Assembly: GCA_032128875.1 (NCBI GenBank)
Contig: JAVLKG010000003.1
Location: forward strand, 129,008-193,007
Direction of reading: 5' to 3'
DNA length: 64,000 bases
Source of the DNA: Candidatus Melainabacteria bacterium 17Bon1m
GTDB lineage: Bacteria > Cyanobacteriota > Vampirovibrionia > Obscuribacterales > Obscuribacteraceae
Shown one piece after another: positions 31,024 through 40,130 of this stretch (the first letter of the stretch is position 1; the number at the start of each line of letters is the position of its first letter). The translations under genes were made by a program, and so were the position numbers. The notes below the pieces were generated by a model. That model saw nothing but the letters and a program-made list of their open reading frames with translations. It made no database searches and had not been told where the DNA came from.

Positions 31024-32511
31024 GTGACTTTTGTTGTCGGTTCGCTGACCAAAAAGGACACGCAAGATACGCTTAAAAACCTAGAAGCGCTCAAAGCGAA
31101 AAATCCCGATATGCAGATCGTTTTCTTTGATACGGACAAGATCAAAGACGATCCTAAGTATCAAGGTCTGCGCGACTGGGTTCAGAAGAACACAAACAAT
31201 GACGACCTCGCCTTCATGGCGCAATACAGCGTGCGCCCGGGCGAGGGCGGTAAGCCTGTGGGAGACAAGCTCATCAGCACGCACTGGGGCAGTGATACAA
31301 CCACCCTGGACGAACAACAGAAGTACGGCAAGATGTACACGGAGAAGTTTAAAGGGCAGTTCAAAATTCCAGAGGGGCAGCCTGAAGTTACGCCGCAAGT
31401 AAAGCCGTCTGATAAACCGGCGGTTCCGCAAAACCCGCAGCAAGCAGCGATTGCCGAAGCCGATAAGATAAATCAGCAGGCAGTTTCCACTGATCTGGAT
31501 AAGGTCAACGCTGCGATTGCAGAGGCTCAGAAGGCTGGAGAGGCTGGTGCAAAACAGCTTCCAGAGCTGTTTGCGCAACAGAAGAAACTGCAGGCAATGC
31601 GTGAAGCACCGGCACGAACGAGAAAAGAGTATGCACAAAAACTGTATGCAGATGCGGTTGCACTGAACGGAAAAACTGATAAACAGTCGCTAGAACAGCA
31701 AGAAACGAATGTGCTGGAGGCCCACAGGCAGATCAACGACGCCAATGCGAAAGTGCCTGGTTATTTCGCTACAGATGCAGCGAAGCAAGAGCTGAAGGCA
31801 ATGGGGTACAGCGATAAGGCGATTGAAAACCTAGGCAAGGCGCCTGCCACTGGTGACAAGAGCAAGTATTGGCTTAGCGATAATCAGTATGGAGTTCCTG
31901 AGGCCGAGAAGCAAAAGATGTACGATGCCGGTGATAGCGCTGCATTGGAAGCTGCGACGAGAGAAGCGATTGAAGCTGCGATTGCTGATGCCAAAGCCAA
32001 AGGTGTTCCGCTGGTCGTCAAATATGGCTTGCAAGGCTGCCCGCCCTGCATCGCGATGGACAAGCAAGCAATGGGTCCCACTTCTAAGGACCTTAATGGA
32101 AAGGCGGTTGTCGCTAATGTTGACGGACCCGCCGCGGAAATGGTCTTGCGCGAGCACGGCTATCAGCTTAAGGCGCCGAATGGCTTCCCGTTTGTAGACG
32201 GGTTTGACGTAAGCGCCTCAGGCAATTTGACTCGTGGGCAGAACGGTCATTTGGAAGGAAAGCAGCTTACGGTTACGACTCCACAAGGACTCGATGCTTC
32301 GCCGACCAAGACGAGCATTCCACAAATGGTTGAAGGTTTGCGCGCAGAGCGTGCTGCTCGCATTGAGAGAGAAAAGCAAGCCAGCGAGCAAGCCGCTAAA
32401 CAAGCGCAGGACGCTCAGAAGCTTGTCGAAGCTGAGACGATGAGAAAGATCAATGAAATGATGCGCATCAACCCTTATCAATTCTCGGGTGACGGCGCGG
32501 CCAAGAAGTGA
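31024..32511 (+). CDS. Thioredoxin-like protein (CPPC); reading frame extends upstream to 30712 and appears frameshifted
   Basis: 'PLVVKYGLQGCPPC...VVANVD...GFP'; the frame is stop-free from 30712 with no ATG/GTG/TTG before 31024. Confidence 0.75.
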   Translation: MTFVVGSLTKKDTQDTLKNLEALKAKNPDMQIVFFDTDKIKDDPKYQGLRDWVQKNTNNDDLAFMAQYSVRPGEGGKPVGDKLISTHWGSDTTTLDEQQKYGKMYTEKFKGQFKIPEGQPEVTPQVKPSDKPAVPQNPQQAAIAEADKINQQAVSTDLDKVNAAIAEAQKAGEAGAKQLPELFAQQKKLQAMREAPARTRKEYAQKLYADAVALNGKTDKQSLEQQETNVLEAHRQINDANAKVPGYFATDAAKQELKAMGYSDKAIENLGKAPATGDKSKYWLSDNQYGVPEAEKQKMYDAGDSAALEAATREAIEAAIADAKAKGVPLVVKYGLQGCPPCIAMDKQAMGPTSKDLNGKAVVANVDGPAAEMVLREHGYQLKAPNGFPFVDGFDVSASGNLTRGQNGHLEGKQLTVTTPQGLDASPTKTSIPQMVEGLRAERAARIEREKQASEQAAKQAQDAQKLVEAETMRKINEMMRINPYQFSGDGAAKK

Positions 32512-32522
32512 GCAGGTTTTTG

Positions 32523-32753
32523 TTAGTCGGCGACTTCTTCCAATTCCAGCATTTGTCTGGCGATTGATTTGGAGTTTTTCGCGGTCATTGAACAATATGT
32601 GAATATGCCAAACAAAATGAAGGCGACACTAGCAAACAGCAGGGTGAATTCCGCTGCGTCTGCTGTTGGATGGTCCCACGGAGTGATATGCGATGCAATC
32701 ATCGCTAGGACGATTCCCGTGAGGATAGGAATAACGGCTTTTTCTTCATTCAT
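32523..32753 (-). CDS. Small two-TM membrane protein
   Basis: Two hydrophobic helices in 76 aa. Confidence 0.55.
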   Translation of the reverse strand: MNEEKAVIPILTGIVLAMIASHITPWDHPTADAAEFTLLFASVAFILFGIFTYCSMTAKNSKSIARQMLELEEVAD

Positions 32754-33410
32754 GCGGTCTTTCCCCAGCTGACCAGTGGGTGGTCAACTTTATGCGGCAA
32801 GTTGTCTGGAGGATTGAATGCGCCCAAAAATACGCACGCAGAGTTGCCACCTCTGCTCGCACTGAGCGCGGGAGAAATTTGGCGAAGGAGTTTCCCTTAT
32901 ATGCCGAGTATAGTCTTCGAAAATGCAATGTCAATATGACGGATTTAATAAAAGGAAAGCCTGAAGACCTCACAGAGTTTGCGTTTCACTTTCAATTTCG
33001 CCCCTTACCTTGCAAAACTTGCAACGCCAATAGTGGGGTTTTCCGCACAAAGCTTTCGTAGTTCGAGACACACAGCGCGTTTTGCCCGAGCGAACCTTTC
33101 GCCTGAAAGCTTTCATCGGCATTTGAATTTCGATTTCGCTGCGCGCGGATCTTAGGTGTTTTTCTTGGTAGATATTCTCTAAGCTTTTTAGAATGATTCT
33201 CGCGGGAAATTTCCGAACTCAAATCTTGGTGCACCATATATGGTTGCGCGTGGTGATTGCTTGGTTCGAAGTTGTCTCTTCTTGTAAATTCGATACTACC
33301 TTTGGTAGTGTTCGCGCAGCGTTTATCCGCCGTTAAATGGGGGCATTTGAATTAGGAGCCGTGATGGCTCTTTGTTTTGGTTCAGATGCTGCAAATGAGG
33401 TGAGAACGCA

Positions 33411-34355
33411 ATGACGACGGTCAAAGAAGGCACTAAATATAGGTTGGTGACCCGAAGCGACTTCGATGGACTGGTATGTGCCGTTCTGTTGAAGCATCTG
33501 GATATGATTGACGACATCAAATTCGTCCATCCTAAGGATATGCAGGACGGGAAGGTCGATATTACGTCTCGCGACATTACGACTAACTTGCCTTACGTTG
33601 ATGGCGTACATTTGTCGTTCGATCACCACTTGAGCGAAACCATCCGCAACAAAGATCAAAAAGACAACCACATAATTGATCCTGACGCGATGTCTGCTGC
33701 GCGTGTCGTGTACGACCATTTTGGCGGTGCAAAAACATTCCCGGCGCGTTGGAACGACATGATGAAGGAGGTGGACAAGGCTGATGCCGCGCAGTTCACC
33801 AAGGACGAGATTCTCAATCCCAAAGGATGGGTGTTGCTGAACTATTTGATGGACCCGCGGACTGGCTTAGGTCGCTTCCGCGAATTCCGAATTTCGAACT
33901 ATAACTTGATGATGGATCTGATTGATTACTGCAAGGATCACGACATTGACGACATCATGAAAATGCCTGATGTAGTCGAGCGCGTCGAGCTCTACAACGA
34001 GCAAGCAGAGAAATTCAAAGAGCAAGTCAAACGTGTAGCGAAGATCCACAAGAATTTGATTGTGCTGCACCTGAAGGGTGAAGACCCTATTCATGCGGGA
34101 AATCGCTTCATGATTTACGCGATGTATCCGGACATCAATATCTCCATCCACGAGATGTGGGGGCTGAAGCAGCAGAATACAGTCTTTGCGATTGGGCATT
34201 CGATCGTAAACCGCACCTCGAAAACCAATGTGGGAGAGCTTTGCCTCAAGTACAACGGGGGCGGTCACGAGAAGGCCGGCACATGCCAGATCGAAAACGA
34301 AAAGGCTGAAGGCGTGCTGAAGGAGCTGATCGACAAGATTACTGCTGACGGTTAA
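33411..34355 (+). CDS. DHH-family phosphoesterase (nanoRNase / exopolyphosphatase-like)
   Basis: 'RSDFDGLVC', 'FDHH', C-terminal 'GGGH'; GAGG RBS. Confidence 0.9.
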   Translation: MTTVKEGTKYRLVTRSDFDGLVCAVLLKHLDMIDDIKFVHPKDMQDGKVDITSRDITTNLPYVDGVHLSFDHHLSETIRNKDQKDNHIIDPDAMSAARVVYDHFGGAKTFPARWNDMMKEVDKADAAQFTKDEILNPKGWVLLNYLMDPRTGLGRFREFRISNYNLMMDLIDYCKDHDIDDIMKMPDVVERVELYNEQAEKFKEQVKRVAKIHKNLIVLHLKGEDPIHAGNRFMIYAMYPDINISIHEMWGLKQQNTVFAIGHSIVNRTSKTNVGELCLKYNGGGHEKAGTCQIENEKAEGVLKELIDKITADG

Positions 34356-34408
34356 TGCCGGTTCTTGTTCTGTCTGAAAGAACTTTTGAAAGAACCTTCT
34401 AGAAATTG

Positions 34409-34446
34409 AAAACTCGCGTTCTATGCCAGAACGCGAGTTTTGTTTT
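34409..34446. terminator. Bidirectional Rho-independent terminator
   Basis: aaaactcgcgttct-atgcc-agaacgcgagtttt between convergent genes. Confidence 0.8.
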
Positions 34447-34463
34447 ATTGCGATTGTGGTGGT

Positions 34464-35174
34464 CTAGAACCGGCGCCCAGGCAACCCAATGCCAGGAAGA
34501 CCGATGCCACCCATGCCAGGGACGCCCATGTTAATTCCGGGCGCATACATGCCCGGCACACCGTAACCGTAGTTTGGAACCAAACCAGGTGTGCCGATGA
34601 AGCCGTTGTTCAAGGGTACTGCTGGGTTAATTATCACCGAACTATTGGGCATTCCATTGAGAGGTGTGTACGTGCTCGTGTTGTATCCGTAAGTGGTCGG
34701 GTACATGGGATATCCACCACCGAGCGAGATTCCACCAGCTCTGCCGAGATTGATATTGATGCCACCCGGCGCGCCGTAGGGCACCACGCCTGGTGCAAAG
34801 TATGGATTGACTCCGCCCATATAAGGCTGAGCAAAACCAGGATAATATGCGCCTGGCTGAACCACATACTCGTTGGAAATTTCCAGTTGTGATCCTTGAG
34901 TCATTACCGGCGTGTCACTTTTTAAGGGCACGATACGCCCATCTTCAGTCAATGGCACGCCTACATTGGCAGCTTGCCCAGGCGTTATCTTTGGTTGGCG
35001 CTTTGGCTGCTTGGGGGTGGTTTCTTCCATAAACCAGTCATCGTCGTCCCCATCCAACGTCTTTAAGGGAGACTTGAAAGGCGGCGGGTCGCTTTGCGCG
35101 TAGACCGGCGGCAGCGCAATAAGTGCTGCGGTTACCGCGAGGAGCAGTTTGGTTTGCATATTAAATGTTTTCAT
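34464..35174 (-). CDS. Secreted Pro/Gly/Tyr-rich hypothetical protein
   Basis: Signal peptide; low-complexity C-terminus. Confidence 0.7.
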   Translation of the reverse strand: MKTFNMQTKLLLAVTAALIALPPVYAQSDPPPFKSPLKTLDGDDDDWFMEETTPKQPKRQPKITPGQAANVGVPLTEDGRIVPLKSDTPVMTQGSQLEISNEYVVQPGAYYPGFAQPYMGGVNPYFAPGVVPYGAPGGININLGRAGGISLGGGYPMYPTTYGYNTSTYTPLNGMPNSSVIINPAVPLNNGFIGTPGLVPNYGYGVPGMYAPGINMGVPGMGGIGLPGIGLPGRRF

Positions 35175-35411
35175 AATTCCACTCTACCATTCAAGTGTCT
35201 AACCGGTATGAGGTGGGGCTGCATTCCCTTTCTACCCGAGACCAACAGGAAGTTAGGAGTTTTCGTAACAGTTGTTAAGTGGGTGCATAGGGTCCAGCAC
35301 AGTGCCGGGGCTGTATCCGAGTCTGTGCGCTACAGTTACGAAACTGTTCGTATCTGGCTTCTGCACCAGCGCCTACCGTTCCATAATCCGAGGAATCGGA
35401 TGGTTGGAACG

Positions 35412-37628
35412 ATGCGTAAAAATCAAATTTTCGTTTTATGCGCTCTGGCTGCACTCTTTGTTATGCGTGTGGCGGGGCAATTCGCTGTGGCCTTTTTTCA
35501 CGTAGGATTTTTGCCACCTATGGAAGCATGGATGTCCGGCGTAATGCCCTATCCATGGTTGTTAGGAGCGCAGATTGCCATTATTTTTTTGATGGCGAAA
35601 GTTTGCCTTGACTTGCAGCGAGGCAACGGTTTCTTCGCCCGCAGAGGCGGGCGTTTTGGCAGATTTTTACTTGAGGGCGGCGCACTTTATCTGCTGGTAA
35701 TGAGCTTGCGCTACGTAATACATATGGCACTTTATCCACATGAGCGCTGGCTCGGCGGAGCAATACCAATCTTCTTTCATGTCGTATTGGCTGGTTTTGT
35801 CCTGGTATGGGGCAGTTTTCATTTACAGGCTGTCCGGAAAAAAGTTGGTAATCGCTGGACTGCGCGAGTATTTCGTGTGTTTGCCGTGCTCGGAATACTC
35901 ATGTGGGTTGCCTATCTGTTGGCACCGTATGTAATGGCACAACAATTTCATTTGCGCCCTGCCGTCTATGCCGTAAAGATTGAGCGTGATGTTCAAGTGC
36001 CTGTAGCCGCGGGCGTGATGTTGGTCGCAGACATCTATCATCCGATGGGCTTGGAGCGAAGCCCGACCGTGCTAGTGCGCATTCCCTATACAAAAACCCC
36101 CACCAACATGCTGACTGCCAATATTATTGGGCGTCTTTGGGCCGAGCGAGGTTATACGGCGGTTGTGCAATGTACGCGAGGCAGGGGCGGCTCCGGAGGA
36201 GAATATTATCCGCTCAGCAATGACCGAGAGGACGGAATCAAGACACTGCAATGGTTGTCGAAACAGTCATGGTATGACGGACATATTGCTGGCTGGGGCG
36301 GTTCGTCGTTTGGCATCAGCCAGTGGGCTATTGCAGACCGGTCTGCGCCAGGATTTTCCGCGATGCACATTTATGAAGCGAGCACAGATATCTATAGGAT
36401 GTTCCATCCAGGTGGGGCATTTTCACTTTATAGTGCGCTTGCTTGGACTGTAACGTGCCATGGGAAAACGGATTTGCCACAGTGGCCGAAGCCGGAGAAG
36501 ATTGCCGAAGGCGCTGATGTTTTCCCGCTAATTGATGCAGATTGCAATTCCACAGGAATGGAAGTGAACTTCTTCAATGATTGGGTCAGTCACTCGGAGC
36601 GTGATCTTTACTGGCAGAACATTGATGGTACTGAACGTACAAAGTCTCTCAAAGCTCCAGTTTTGCTAATGGCAGGTTGGTGTGATGCTTTCCTGCCGAC
36701 CCAGTTGGAGGATTATCTGAAAGTCAAGGCCGAAGCAGAACCGGATATCGCGCGACGAACAAAACTCGTGATTGGTCCTTGGATTCATGGAGATGAGTTT
36801 GTTCTGCCAGACGGAACCAAGCCTTCGTTATTTCGTGCAGCAACTCTGGCATTGAGTCTTGATTGGTTTGACCATATTGTTTTGGGTAGGCCACTTCCAG
36901 CCCAGACAGGTTGCTTAAACCTGCATCAACCTCGCGACTTGTGTCGATGCAATGTGCCGCATTTGTCTTCTGCTCCTATTCAAATTTTTATTATGGGTAA
37001 GAACTTTTGGCGTTCAGAAAATGAGTGGCCGCTGGCGCGGACGCAATTTACGAGTCTGTATTTGAACCGTGACAAACTGAGCTTTTCTAAGCCTGTCGAC
37101 AGACAAAAGCCTGATAGGTTTGTTTATGATCCAAGGGTCCCTGTGCCCACCGCAGGTGGTGCCATGATTGGAAAGGTTCCAGCGATGATAAAGCAGAGGG
37201 CCGCACAGTCTCGCCCTGATGTCCTGTGTTTCACGACTGATCTTCTCAAGCATGATGTTGAGTTGACCGGTCCGGTGAAAGCGGAGCTGTTTGTTTCGAG
37301 TGACGCGCCGTGCACCGATTTTACGGCGAAATTGGTTGACATTCATCCTGATGGAACAGCATACAACGTGTGTGACGGAATTCTTCGCCGCCGTTTTTCA
37401 GGCTCTAAGGTTCAGAAAATTGAAATTGAATTGTGGCCTACAAGCATGGTGTTCTTCAAAAATCACAAAATCAGATTGGATGTGAGCAGCAGCAATTTTC
37501 CTCGCTACGACCGTAATCCAAATACTGGCAGACCAAGCGCATTTGAAACAAATCCTCGCATTGCGATTCAGAAAGTTTTTCATGACAGCGATTTCCCTTC
37601 GCGGTTAATCGTGCCGGTGATTCCATGA
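35412..37628 (+). CDS. CocE/NonD-family hydrolase with N-terminal membrane domain
   Basis: 'RIPY', 'RGRGGSGG', nucleophile 'GGSSFG', 'GWCD', 'GPWIH', 'SSSNFPRYDRN'; start placed at ATG 35412. Confidence 0.9.
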   Translation: MRKNQIFVLCALAALFVMRVAGQFAVAFFHVGFLPPMEAWMSGVMPYPWLLGAQIAIIFLMAKVCLDLQRGNGFFARRGGRFGRFLLEGGALYLLVMSLRYVIHMALYPHERWLGGAIPIFFHVVLAGFVLVWGSFHLQAVRKKVGNRWTARVFRVFAVLGILMWVAYLLAPYVMAQQFHLRPAVYAVKIERDVQVPVAAGVMLVADIYHPMGLERSPTVLVRIPYTKTPTNMLTANIIGRLWAERGYTAVVQCTRGRGGSGGEYYPLSNDREDGIKTLQWLSKQSWYDGHIAGWGGSSFGISQWAIADRSAPGFSAMHIYEASTDIYRMFHPGGAFSLYSALAWTVTCHGKTDLPQWPKPEKIAEGADVFPLIDADCNSTGMEVNFFNDWVSHSERDLYWQNIDGTERTKSLKAPVLLMAGWCDAFLPTQLEDYLKVKAEAEPDIARRTKLVIGPWIHGDEFVLPDGTKPSLFRAATLALSLDWFDHIVLGRPLPAQTGCLNLHQPRDLCRCNVPHLSSAPIQIFIMGKNFWRSENEWPLARTQFTSLYLNRDKLSFSKPVDRQKPDRFVYDPRVPVPTAGGAMIGKVPAMIKQRAAQSRPDVLCFTTDLLKHDVELTGPVKAELFVSSDAPCTDFTAKLVDIHPDGTAYNVCDGILRRRFSGSKVQKIEIELWPTSMVFFKNHKIRLDVSSSNFPRYDRNPNTGRPSAFETNPRIAIQKVFHDSDFPSRLIVPVIP

Positions 37629-37886
37629 ACGGAACACCTGGTGGAGATTTCGGGTGTCCGTGAAGACGAAAAGGCGAGGGGGCGACTGGCTGATTTGGGC
37701 TACTTGATCTCCTTATTAGATAAACCTTCTCTCTTATTCAATCTATGCGGGGGTTTTTGGCCGCATACTGTGCTCCGTAATCGCGCTCAGGCGCATGGGT
37801 GCCCGTTATCCCCCGGTGGGGGATAGCTGCTTAAAGGTCTGGATCAAAACGATAACCGTTTTCATTTTCGTGTTAACCTTGAAATC

Positions 37887-39125
37887 ATGGACAGCCAGGT
37901 AAAACCAGTTTTCGCCCCAAATAGCATTTATTTGGACTACGCCGCGACCACCGCAGTGGATCGGCGCGTGCTCGACGCGATGTACGGCATCATGGCTCAG
38001 GGGCACACCGGCAATGCGCATGCACGCCATCATGTTTATGGTGCGGCGGCTCACCGCAGTGTTGAAGCTGCCCGACAGCAGGTCGCGGACGCTATTGGAG
38101 CGGATTCTGCCGAAATATTCTTTACTTCGGGCGCGACCGAGGCGAACAATCTCGCCATCAAGGGAATAGCGGCGCATCTCAAGGCCGAAGGGCGCATGCA
38201 CCTGGTCACCTCGGCAGTCGAGCATGCCAGCGTTTTGGAACCTTTGCGTGAGTTGGAAGCTCAGGGATTCGAACTGACTGTTCTCGGCGTGAAACCATGC
38301 GGCATGATTGAAGCCGACATGATTGAGCGCGCAATAAGACCTGATACCGGGTTGGTTTGCGTTCAGGCAGTCAATAACGAAGTCGGCGTAATTCAGCCGA
38401 TTAAAGAGATTGCAGTGATGTTGAAGGGTAGAGGAATACTCTTCCATTGCGATGCAGCGCAAGCGCTCGGCAAGACGAATTTCAAAGTCGACAGCAGCGC
38501 ATGCGCTGCGCAAACAGGGAGCCGCATGCGGCTCTCCTACGACAATGAGAGCACTGGTCCGGATTTCGTCAGTCTCTCTTCGCATAAAGTCTACGGTCCT
38601 CAAGGCATCGGTGCGCTTTATGTGCGAGCCGAAAAGAAGCACCTGCTTACTGCGGTAAGCCGCGGTGGCGGGCAGGAAGGTGGGCTGAGATCTGGAACAT
38701 TGCCGACTGCGCTTTGTGTTGGATTCGGCAAGGCGTGTTCTTTGCTCGAAGACGACACTCGGCATGTTCGTAGTTTGCGCTGGGCGTTTCTGAATCGATT
38801 GAGTTGGCTAAAACCCACAGTCTATGGTCATTCGCATTCTGATTGGAATGTGCCCGGTATACTCTGCGTTCGTTTTACAGGCATTGAAACCGAAACCCTC
38901 ATCATGGCATTGCCTGATCTCGCCTTCGGTATTGGAGCCGCATGCAGCAGCGGCGGTGCAAAATTGTCGCACGTCGTACGCGCCACCACCGGTAGTGATG
39001 AAGCTGCCCGCGAGAGTATGCGCATATCGTTTGGTCGTTTTACTACACATCAAGAAGTCCTCAGGGCTGCCGATTTGATAATCGAGGCAGTCGAAGAAAT
39101 TAGAGAAGTTCAGGGAGTTGCATAG
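37887..39125 (+). CDS. IscS/NifS-type cysteine desulfurase
   Basis: 'YLDYAATT', 'FTSGATEANN', 'DAAQ', 'SSHKVYGP' (PLP Lys), 'GAACSS' (catalytic Cys). Confidence 0.93.
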   Translation: MDSQVKPVFAPNSIYLDYAATTAVDRRVLDAMYGIMAQGHTGNAHARHHVYGAAAHRSVEAARQQVADAIGADSAEIFFTSGATEANNLAIKGIAAHLKAEGRMHLVTSAVEHASVLEPLRELEAQGFELTVLGVKPCGMIEADMIERAIRPDTGLVCVQAVNNEVGVIQPIKEIAVMLKGRGILFHCDAAQALGKTNFKVDSSACAAQTGSRMRLSYDNESTGPDFVSLSSHKVYGPQGIGALYVRAEKKHLLTAVSRGGGQEGGLRSGTLPTALCVGFGKACSLLEDDTRHVRSLRWAFLNRLSWLKPTVYGHSHSDWNVPGILCVRFTGIETETLIMALPDLAFGIGAACSSGGAKLSHVVRATTGSDEAARESMRISFGRFTTHQEVLRAADLIIEAVEEIREVQGVA

Positions 39126-40130
39126 ATGAAAATCGCGTTTGTAGGTAAGGGTGGATCGGGCAAAAGTACGCTCTCATCGCTGTTTATTCGCTATTTGCAA
39201 AACGTACGCAAACGCAACGTACTGGCAATCGATGCTGACTTAAACATGAACCTCGCCGGACTTCTTGGTGTGAAAGTCGATGAAAAGACGCTCATGGCGC
39301 GCCCTGAAGTAGCTGAGTCCATTCGCAATTTTCTTAAAGGCGGCAACAAACGGGTGCCGGACGTTTCGAAGTTTTTGCCGACAACTCCTCCGGGGGCTGG
39401 CTCAAACCTTGTTTGCTCTGCGCAAGAGCCTGGTCTTCAGCCTTTCTGTGTGAATGTTTCTCAATCACCGATAGTGAATTTGTTGACTGTCGGCTCTTAT
39501 GACAAAGATGGGATAGGGCAAACTTGCTACCACTCGCATCTCTTCGTCGCTGAGAATATCCTCTCGCATACGGTCACTTCGCCCGACTTCACTATCGTCT
39601 GCGATATGGTCGCCGGCACCGACGCATTTGCTTACTCCATGCATTTGCAATTCGATGCGATTGTTTTGATCGCTGAGCCCACACCGGAATCTACTGAAGT
39701 CTGCAAGTTGTATATGGACCTGGCTCGCCAATGCGGCGTTGATGAGCTGATTCATCTGGTTGGCAATAAGATCGAAGATGCTGACGATATCGAATTCATC
39801 AGCAAGACTGTGGATAAGAAGTTGCTCGTGTCCGTGCCGGCGATGCCTAAGCTGAAGAAAGCACGCCAGAGAGGAGAAATCGTTGGCGGTGAGTTGCTCG
39901 ACCCAACGCTAACGCAGGTGATGCGCATCATTGAGAACGAAGCTCAATTGCCGTCTATCAGCCCGGCGCAAAGGCTGGAGATGCTTCACAAACTTCATTT
40001 GAAATTGAACGATAAGCAATGGGTGCAACTCGGTTATGGCGACGTTGCAGATCAAATTGATCCCGATTTTCAATACCTTCCTCGGCACGCAGGAGTTGCT
40101 GCAGTCGGTTCTATAGGTAAATTAAGATGA
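39126..40130 (+). CDS. CooC/AcsF-like P-loop ATPase
   Basis: 'MKIAFVGKGGSGKST', 'AIDAD', 'DMVAG', 'GNKI'; 'TCYHSH' at the usual CxC site. Confidence 0.85.
   Translation: MKIAFVGKGGSGKSTLSSLFIRYLQNVRKRNVLAIDADLNMNLAGLLGVKVDEKTLMARPEVAESIRNFLKGGNKRVPDVSKFLPTTPPGAGSNLVCSAQEPGLQPFCVNVSQSPIVNLLTVGSYDKDGIGQTCYHSHLFVAENILSHTVTSPDFTIVCDMVAGTDAFAYSMHLQFDAIVLIAEPTPESTEVCKLYMDLARQCGVDELIHLVGNKIEDADDIEFISKTVDKKLLVSVPAMPKLKKARQRGEIVGGELLDPTLTQVMRIIENEAQLPSISPAQRLEMLHKLHLKLNDKQWVQLGYGDVADQIDPDFQYLPRHAGVAAVGSIGKLR

Noticed and set aside
35094-35411. Extended N-terminus of the CocE ORF
   Set aside because: Overlaps the divergent gene and looks non-coding; ATG at 35412 (or 35400) is more plausible
37806-38765. 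319-aa antisense ORF
   Set aside because: Shadow of the well-supported desulfurase gene; no motifs of its own
37887-39125. Desulfurase as DndA of a DNA phosphorothioation system or as isc-operon IscS
   Set aside because: No dndBCDE/ssp or iscU/iscA/hscAB genes are adjacent
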